This document shows, piece after piece, positions 58,142-64,000 of a stretch of 64,000 bases of DNA (position 1 is its first letter; each line of letters starts with the position of its first letter). This DNA comes from Candidatus Latescibacterota bacterium (lineage in GTDB: Bacteria; Latescibacterota; UBA2968; GCA-2709665): assembly GCA_965222075.1 (NCBI GenBank), contig OZ244937.1:1280001-1344000 (forward strand). The letters run 5' to 3'. Below the pieces are notes generated by a model. The model searched no databases. It was not told the origin of the DNA and saw only the letters and a program-made list of their open reading frames with translations. The translations under genes and the position numbers were made by a program.

Positions 58142-60217
58142 ATGAGCGATTTGGAAGCCGGGGCGTTCGATGCGGGGGTGTTTTTCGGGCAGATTCGGAA
58201 GGGGATTGCAGGGCTGGATATTCCCGAGCGGGTTGAAGACGCCCGGACCGAGCGGAGGGCCTGGGAGGCCTGGCACGGCTACCTTGCCGGGCGGGAGAAG
58301 CCGACCTGGCATTTTGACGCCGGGCGGTTCGGCAGTGCGATGCAGACCTATTGGCCGGGCCTGGCGAGGGTCTGGGTGGCGCTGTCGGATCAGCTGATCG
58401 AAGGGACCTTTCTCCACGGCGCGATGAGGGTTCCCTATGTGCCGGGGAAGGGGCTGGACTGGAATGCCAATCCCGAAGGGACGCCCAGCTGGGGGGGAAA
58501 CCTCTTTTTCCTGCGCTGGCCGATCCGGGCCGCGATGCTGACGGGGGATGAACGCTATGTGCGGACGGTTGCCGAGTGTCTGGGGACCTACCTGGCGCAG
58601 ATGGACGATATCCGGGACGAGCGGCAGGTTGCCGTGCCGGGCTCGGATGAGATGCGGAGCTACACGGTGTGGAACACGCTGGCGCTGGGCCTGAAGCTGA
58701 AGGCGCTGGGCGAGGCGCTGTATGCGCTGCGGGACCACCCGGCCTGGACGGTGGCGGACTGCCGGAATACCTCGATTCTGATCTGGCGGCACGCCGATTT
58801 TCTCTACCGGCAGGTGTCGGCTCAAACGGCGGTTGCGTGGCAGCAGCAGTTGAACTTCATTTCATCGGGAAGCGGGGGGTTAGGGGCGGTTGGGGCGCTG
58901 CTGCCGGAGTGGACGGCGGCGGCGGACTGGCTGGAGACCGCCAGGCAGATCCAGGAGGTGCTGCTCTTAAACCAGGTCCACCCGGACGGAATGCAGAAGG
59001 AGATCTGCACCCAGTACCACAAGACGGTGATCCGGTCCTTCGCCACGCTGCAGATGATCCTTTATCGGCAGGGGATGCCGAGTTTTTACGATACGGAGCC
59101 GTTCCGGTCCCGCTTCCTGGCAATGCACCGCTTCCTGGGGGACATTCTGACCCCCCAGGGGTTTACCCCTGCGATCAATTCTGCGGTCTACGCGATGGAC
59201 TGGGTGGTGTTCACAGCAGTGGGAAACACGTTCTTCAAGGATCCGACCCTGCGGTGGCATGTGAATCGGTGGCATCATCCCGATTTTGTGCCGGTGCAGA
59301 AGGAGGGGCCGGGGTGGGGGAGCACGATCCTGAACGATCTGTGCGTACCCGGGCCCAGGGGGGTTCGGGCGCGGGCGCCCAGGCCTGGCTCCCGGCTTTT
59401 TCCGGATTCCGGGATTGCGGTGCTGCGGGATGGATGGGGGGAGGAGGCGAACGTGCTGGTGCTGGATTTCGGACATCCGGACGGGGGGCACGCCTATGCG
59501 GCGCAGGCCTCTTTCACGGCGTGGGTGAAGGGACGTCCGGCTGCCCTCTCACCAGGGTCGCCCTTTTCATACAGCGACCCGAACTACCGGCCCTGGTATT
59601 ACAGCACGCAGGGACAGAATACGGTCTGGGTAGATGAGGACGACCAGGAGATCTGGCGCCCGGGCAGGAAGCGGCGGATCTGGGGGCGGCTGCTGGACTG
59701 GCGGGACAACCCCGAGGAGACGCTGGTCCGGATATCACACAATGGATACACGCAGTCGAAGGGCATCGGGCACGAACGGACCGTGCTGCTGAAGAAGGGG
59801 CGGTTTTTCCTGATTTACGATCTTTTAGACGGAGGGGCAAGCGAGGGTGCGCATACGCTGCGCTGGACAATCCGGTGTCCGGACGCGCTCCGGGAAGCGG
59901 CGGACCGAACGGTGGTGAGCGCAGGCGAACCGGGCATCCGCCTTGTGCCGGGATGGACGGAGGCGATTCAAGCCGTGGAGATCGGCTGGGGGCCCAGTAT
60001 GGTGCCTCTGTCCTATCAGCCTGATATGTCTCCACAGCAGGGACAGACCTGCCACGCGCGGTTTGTGCAGCGGCTGGCGGCGGGGGAGACGGCCCGGTTT
60101 CTGGTGCTGCTGGTGGCGGGGGATTGTACGGATGCATCGGTGAGGGGAGAGGTGAGGGCGGGCGGTGTGGAGGTTGAGGTGGGGGCGTGGGGAGAGCGGG
60201 AGAAGGTGGTGTTGTAG
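58142..60217 (+). CDS. Heparinase II/III-like lyase family protein
   Basis: 'QVHPDGMQKE....YH', 'FPDSGIAVLRDGW', 'GGHA', 'SHNGY', 'HERTV'. Confidence 0.75.
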   Translation: MSDLEAGAFDAGVFFGQIRKGIAGLDIPERVEDARTERRAWEAWHGYLAGREKPTWHFDAGRFGSAMQTYWPGLARVWVALSDQLIEGTFLHGAMRVPYVPGKGLDWNANPEGTPSWGGNLFFLRWPIRAAMLTGDERYVRTVAECLGTYLAQMDDIRDERQVAVPGSDEMRSYTVWNTLALGLKLKALGEALYALRDHPAWTVADCRNTSILIWRHADFLYRQVSAQTAVAWQQQLNFISSGSGGLGAVGALLPEWTAAADWLETARQIQEVLLLNQVHPDGMQKEICTQYHKTVIRSFATLQMILYRQGMPSFYDTEPFRSRFLAMHRFLGDILTPQGFTPAINSAVYAMDWVVFTAVGNTFFKDPTLRWHVNRWHHPDFVPVQKEGPGWGSTILNDLCVPGPRGVRARAPRPGSRLFPDSGIAVLRDGWGEEANVLVLDFGHPDGGHAYAAQASFTAWVKGRPAALSPGSPFSYSDPNYRPWYYSTQGQNTVWVDEDDQEIWRPGRKRRIWGRLLDWRDNPEETLVRISHNGYTQSKGIGHERTVLLKKGRFFLIYDLLDGGASEGAHTLRWTIRCPDALREAADRTVVSAGEPGIRLVPGWTEAIQAVEIGWGPSMVPLSYQPDMSPQQGQTCHARFVQRLAAGETARFLVLLVAGDCTDASVRGEVRAGGVEVEVGAWGEREKVVL

Positions 60218-60246
60218 GGAAATTGCGGAAATCGAGAGGGGTGACT

Positions 60247-61992
60247 ATGGCAGGGAAAAGGCGGGTGTATGAGGTGCGGATAGAACGGGATGTGGAGGCG
60301 AGGATGCGGGATGGGGTGATTCTGAGAGCGGATGTGGCGCGGCCCAGGGCGCGGGGGCGGTTTCCGGTGCTTCTGACGCGAACGCCGTACGGGAAGTGTG
60401 TGGACAGGCGTCTGGCAGCGGCGGGCTACGTGGTTGTTGCACAGGATATGCGGGGGCGTTACGCGTCGGACGGCACGTTTACGCCCAAGTTTATGCCGGG
60501 TTACCAGGACGCGGAGGACGGCTACGATACGGTGGAGTGGTCCGCCGGGCTGGCATACTCGAACGGGAAGGTGGGGGTGTTCGGGATTTCCTATCCATCG
60601 TGGGCGTCCTGGGAGCTGGCCTCGGCACGTCCGCCCCACCTGGTGGCGATGTTCAACGGGGGGCTTGCGACACGGTTGACGGACTGGGAGCTGGGCGGTG
60701 TGCTGCGGATCGGGCGAGTCCAGCAGTGGCTTTTCAGTACGCTGGCCCCCGACCTGCGACGTCGGCAGGGGCTGGGCCCGCCGCACACGCCGGTCGAGGC
60801 CCGGGCACGGTTTGACAAGGACCGGGAGAAGCCGCTCTGGTTCGTGCCGCAGAAGGCGCTGCCGGACGAGTTTGCCGGGGGATGCCGCGAGATCTGGCAT
60901 TACTGGCTGGACCACCACCACGAGGATATTTTCGATTTCTGTAAGCGGCACAGCCAGGTGGACGTGCCGGTGCTCCACATGACCGGCTGGCACGACCGGC
61001 TGGTGCTCACGGTGGACCACTTTACGGGGATGCAGCAAAACGGGCGCACAGAGGCGACCAGGCGGGCGCAGCGGCTGGTGGTGGGGCCCTGGTCCCACGG
61101 ATCGAACGGGCCCCGGCGGGTGGGGGAGATGGATTTCGGGCGGACGGCCGAGGTCGATTTTACCGCGCTGATGATCCGCTGGTTCGATACCTGGTTGAAA
61201 GGGGAAGACAAGGGGATGCTGCAGACGGCGCCGGTGCGCTATTTTGTGATGGGGGAGAACCGCTGGCACGAGGCGGAGACGTGGCCCCTGCCGGAGGCGC
61301 GGCCGAGGGCTTATTATTTACATTCCGGGGGATCGGCGAACACGCCAGCAGGGAACGGGAGGCTCTCGCAGAGGGCGCCTGCCTGCCGAGCATCCGGCCG
61401 GCCTGCCGAGTCGGCGCAGGCAGGCGCAGGCAGGCCGGAAAAGGAGGCGCCGGATCGCTACACCTACGATCCCCACGACCCGGTGATGAGCCTCTTTTAC
61501 CCCAGCGCCCAGGATGCGCCCTACGACCAGCGGCAGCTGGCGGGCAGGGAGGATGTGCTGGTCTACCAGACGCTGCGGCTTCGGAAGGGGGTGCGGGTGG
61601 TGGGGCGGCCGGAGGTGCGGCTATTTGCAGCGTCAAGCGTTCGGGATACCGATTTTATCGTGAAGCTGATCGACGTCTACCCGGACGGGTTCGCGCACCA
61701 GGTCTGTTACGGGATCGTGCGGGCGCGCTTTCGAGAGTCGTTCGACCGGCCGAGTCTTTTGCGTCCGGGAAAGGTGTATGAATACAGGATACAGATGCTG
61801 CCAACGGCCAACCTGTTTCGGGAGGGGCACCGGATCCGGATCGATGTGTCAAGCTCGGATTTCCCGAATTTCGACCGCAACCACAATACCGGAGGGGACG
61901 ACTATGCAGAGACGACGTTTCAGGTCGCACACCAGGAGGTTTTTCACGACGCCGGGCGGCCGTCCCGGGTGATTTTGCCGGTCGTGCCCTGA
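60247..61992 (+). CDS. CocE/NonD family hydrolase
   Basis: 'MRDGV.LRAD', 'RTPY', 'QDMRGRYASDG', 'GISY', 'GWHD', 'GPWSH', 'SSDFPNFDRN.NTG'. Confidence 0.93.
   Translation: MAGKRRVYEVRIERDVEARMRDGVILRADVARPRARGRFPVLLTRTPYGKCVDRRLAAAGYVVVAQDMRGRYASDGTFTPKFMPGYQDAEDGYDTVEWSAGLAYSNGKVGVFGISYPSWASWELASARPPHLVAMFNGGLATRLTDWELGGVLRIGRVQQWLFSTLAPDLRRRQGLGPPHTPVEARARFDKDREKPLWFVPQKALPDEFAGGCREIWHYWLDHHHEDIFDFCKRHSQVDVPVLHMTGWHDRLVLTVDHFTGMQQNGRTEATRRAQRLVVGPWSHGSNGPRRVGEMDFGRTAEVDFTALMIRWFDTWLKGEDKGMLQTAPVRYFVMGENRWHEAETWPLPEARPRAYYLHSGGSANTPAGNGRLSQRAPACRASGRPAESAQAGAGRPEKEAPDRYTYDPHDPVMSLFYPSAQDAPYDQRQLAGREDVLVYQTLRLRKGVRVVGRPEVRLFAASSVRDTDFIVKLIDVYPDGFAHQVCYGIVRARFRESFDRPSLLRPGKVYEYRIQMLPTANLFREGHRIRIDVSSSDFPNFDRNHNTGGDDYAETTFQVAHQEVFHDAGRPSRVILPVVP
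61378..61434. mobile_element. 57-bp nested palindromic mini-element (27-bp copy inside a 30-bp copy), in frame
   Basis: CCTGCCTGC..[CCGGCCTGC..GCAGGCAGG]..GCAGGCAGG; removal restores QRAPEKEAPDRYTYDP. Confidence 0.75.
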
Positions 61993-62164
61993 AAGGCGAC
62001 TTTCGTACGGGGGAGTGGAAGGGTCACGGTCAGCAGTGAATTTGCAAGAGATGTCAGTAGAAAGGAGGGGTAGAGAATATGAAACGCACGCATATTCTCC
62101 TATTCGGGCGGAGACGAGATGGACGTTTAAACGGAAGCTGGATAAATTGAAGAAGGAGTGAGGC

Positions 62165-62193
62165 TTGACACCGGCGGATTTGTGGCCTATCTT
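62165..62193 (+). promoter_or_regulatory. sigma70 promoter
   Basis: TTGACA-N17-TATCTT. Confidence 0.7.
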
Positions 62194-62242
62194 TGCCCTA
62201 TCTTATGGGGTAAACACCAATAATGTTGTGGGGGGAAAAGGT

Positions 62243-63514
62243 ATGCCGATTGATTTCAGGGACAACCGGCCGATGACGGACCGCCGGGAGATGGTGCTGA
62301 GGGTGGGGCAGGGCGAGGGCGACTTACAGGGGAGTGACGATAAGGCGCTCCAGGCGGGAGCCGACTATCTGCACCGGCTCGGCGGGGGCGTGCTCCACAT
62401 TCTGCCGGGTGTGTATACGATGCGGAATGCGCTCTACCTCCATCCCAACCTGACGGTCCGCGGATCCGGACCGAAAACGGTGCTGAAGAAGGCAGCCGGC
62501 GTGGTGACGCACCTGGTCCGGGATTCGGACTGGTACGAGGCCAGGGTGGAGGTGGAAGATCCGGGTGGGTTCGCCGTTGGGGGTGGGGTGATGCTGCGGT
62601 CGTACAAAGATGGGACGGGCAGGATGGAGGTGGTGAAGGATACGGTGACGGCGGTGGAAGGGAATGTGATTTCGCTGAGCCGGCGGATGATCAAAAATAT
62701 GTGGCTGGACGAGAAGGCCACGATTGCGGCGATTTTTCCGATTCTGACGGCCGAGGAACTGGTGAACGACGTTCGGGTTGAAGCACTTGTACTGGACGGC
62801 AACCGGGAGGAGAATGAGGAGATCAACGGGAATTATTCAGGCGCGGTTTTTCTGCAGCAGTGCCACCGGTATACGTTCCGGAACGTGACGGCGCAGAACT
62901 ACAATGGAGACGGGTTCAGTTTTCAGATTTGTGACGATTTCCGCTTTGAGAACTGCATCTCGCAGAACAACGCCAATCTGGGCTTCCATCCGGGCAGCGG
63001 TTCACAGCGTCCGGTTTTCAGGAATTGTGAGTCCCTTGGCAACAGCCAGGGGATTTTCTTCTGCTGGGGCGTGTCGGACGGGTTGGCCGAAGACTGCGTC
63101 TGCTCGGAAAACCTGGACTACGGGATTTCGATCGGGCACCGGGATACGGACAACCGGATTGTGGGGTGCGCGGTTGAGCGCAACCACAAAGTGGGGATTT
63201 TGTTCCGGGAGGGCAAGTCGGGGTTCCGGGACCCACACCGGAATGTGATTGAGGAGACGGTGATTCGGGATAACGGATTTGAGGCCGAGGGGGTGGGGGT
63301 GGATATTCGGGGCGAGACACGTGACGTGGAGATCCGGAACAGCCGGATTGAGGATTCGGGAGAGGGAAGGCAGAAGGTCGGCGTTCGGATTGGAGCAAAG
63401 GCGAATGGGACAAAGCTGGAAGAAAACCTGTTCAACGGTCTTGAGACCGATGTTGCGGATTTGAAGGAAGGCGCACAAAAGGAAGCGGCCGAAACCCTCA
63501 AGGCTGCCGTATAA
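62243..63514 (+). CDS. Right-handed parallel beta-helix protein
   Basis: 'GGGVLHILPGVY', 'LVLDGNR', repeated 'NxGDG/NxxxG' coils. Confidence 0.85.
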   Translation: MPIDFRDNRPMTDRREMVLRVGQGEGDLQGSDDKALQAGADYLHRLGGGVLHILPGVYTMRNALYLHPNLTVRGSGPKTVLKKAAGVVTHLVRDSDWYEARVEVEDPGGFAVGGGVMLRSYKDGTGRMEVVKDTVTAVEGNVISLSRRMIKNMWLDEKATIAAIFPILTAEELVNDVRVEALVLDGNREENEEINGNYSGAVFLQQCHRYTFRNVTAQNYNGDGFSFQICDDFRFENCISQNNANLGFHPGSGSQRPVFRNCESLGNSQGIFFCWGVSDGLAEDCVCSENLDYGISIGHRDTDNRIVGCAVERNHKVGILFREGKSGFRDPHRNVIEETVIRDNGFEAEGVGVDIRGETRDVEIRNSRIEDSGEGRQKVGVRIGAKANGTKLEENLFNGLETDVADLKEGAQKEAAETLKAAV

Positions 63515-63565
63515 AAGCTGAAGGATGGGCGCGTTGCCGTATACCTGCAATAGAAGGAGCGTACA

Positions 63566-63799
63566 ATGTCTGCGGTTTTGACGGAAGAGGAACTCAAAGA
63601 GAAGGCGGCCCGGTACTTGAAGACGCAGTATGGGGAAGATACCGTGTCGATGGATATCCAAAGCAACGATGTGGAGGATGGAAACGGGGTGATGCACGTG
63701 GACTGCCGGGTGAGCGTGGGAGGCTCACAGTCTGACTGGACCAAGTGGTTTACGTTTAAGAACGGCGAGGTGGCAAGCATGAAGTGGCAGATGCGGTGA
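63566..63799 (+). CDS. Small hypothetical protein
   Basis: AAGGAG RBS, typical codon usage. Confidence 0.75.
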   Translation: MSAVLTEEELKEKAARYLKTQYGEDTVSMDIQSNDVEDGNGVMHVDCRVSVGGSQSDWTKWFTFKNGEVASMKWQMR

Positions 63800-63837
63800 A
63801 ACGCGGCCCTGCCGGTCGGCTCAAAAAGGAGGACGCC

Positions 63838-64000
63838 GTGGCTGAGAAAGTTGGTGTTGCGATTGTGGGCTGCGGAAATATGGGGAAGACCCACGCGCGG
63901 CTGCTGGCGACGTTTGAGGACGTAGCTCTGAAGGTCCTGGTGGATACAAACGAGGCGGCGGCGCTGGGGCTGCAGAAGGAGGTCGGCGCGGCGTCTGTTG
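63838..64000 (+). CDS. Gfo/Idh/MocA oxidoreductase, 5' part (runs off window end)
   Basis: AGGAGG+GTG; MAEKVGVAIVGCGNMGKTHA. Confidence 0.85.
   Translation, partial: MAEKVGVAIVGCGNMGKTHARLLATFEDVALKVLVDTNEAAALGLQKEVGAASV

Overview
GC-rich bacterial chromosomal segment. Dockerin/EF-hand-tagged secreted protein, PQQ propeller, heparinase and SpoIIE fragment suggest a Latescibacterota/Gemmatimonadota-like organism (inference only). Layout: (1) 1-13.5 kb, a Type I restriction-modification locus (hsdM end, hsdS, frameshifted hsdR, M48 protease) packed with defence-type cargo: YhcG nuclease, DUF4209 HEPN-like protein, DUF4062-ATP-binding protein and an ABC-ATPase+PIN pair. (2) 13.6-40.1 kb, housekeeping and catabolic genes, including a ~500-nt promoter-driven structured leader with tandem RBS-sORF-hairpin units. 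(3) 40.1-56.6 kb, a mosaic accessory region around tRNA-Arg(ACG): chimeric dockerin-Ig-Cache-LivJ protein, ATPase pair, NACHT protein, DUF4143 ATPase and an FGE-domain gene with diversity-generating-retroelement target hallmarks. (4) 56.7-64 kb, hydrolases and lyases. Most notable signals: cargo cassettes repeatedly bracketed by duplicated gene ends with no integrase; frame-preserving CCTGYCTG...CAGGCAGG palindromic mini-elements inserted in three genes (one nested); an orphan DGR-like target; and the tandem sORF/hairpin leader. Three single-base frameshifts may be sequencing errors. All family calls come from motif recognition, not database searches.
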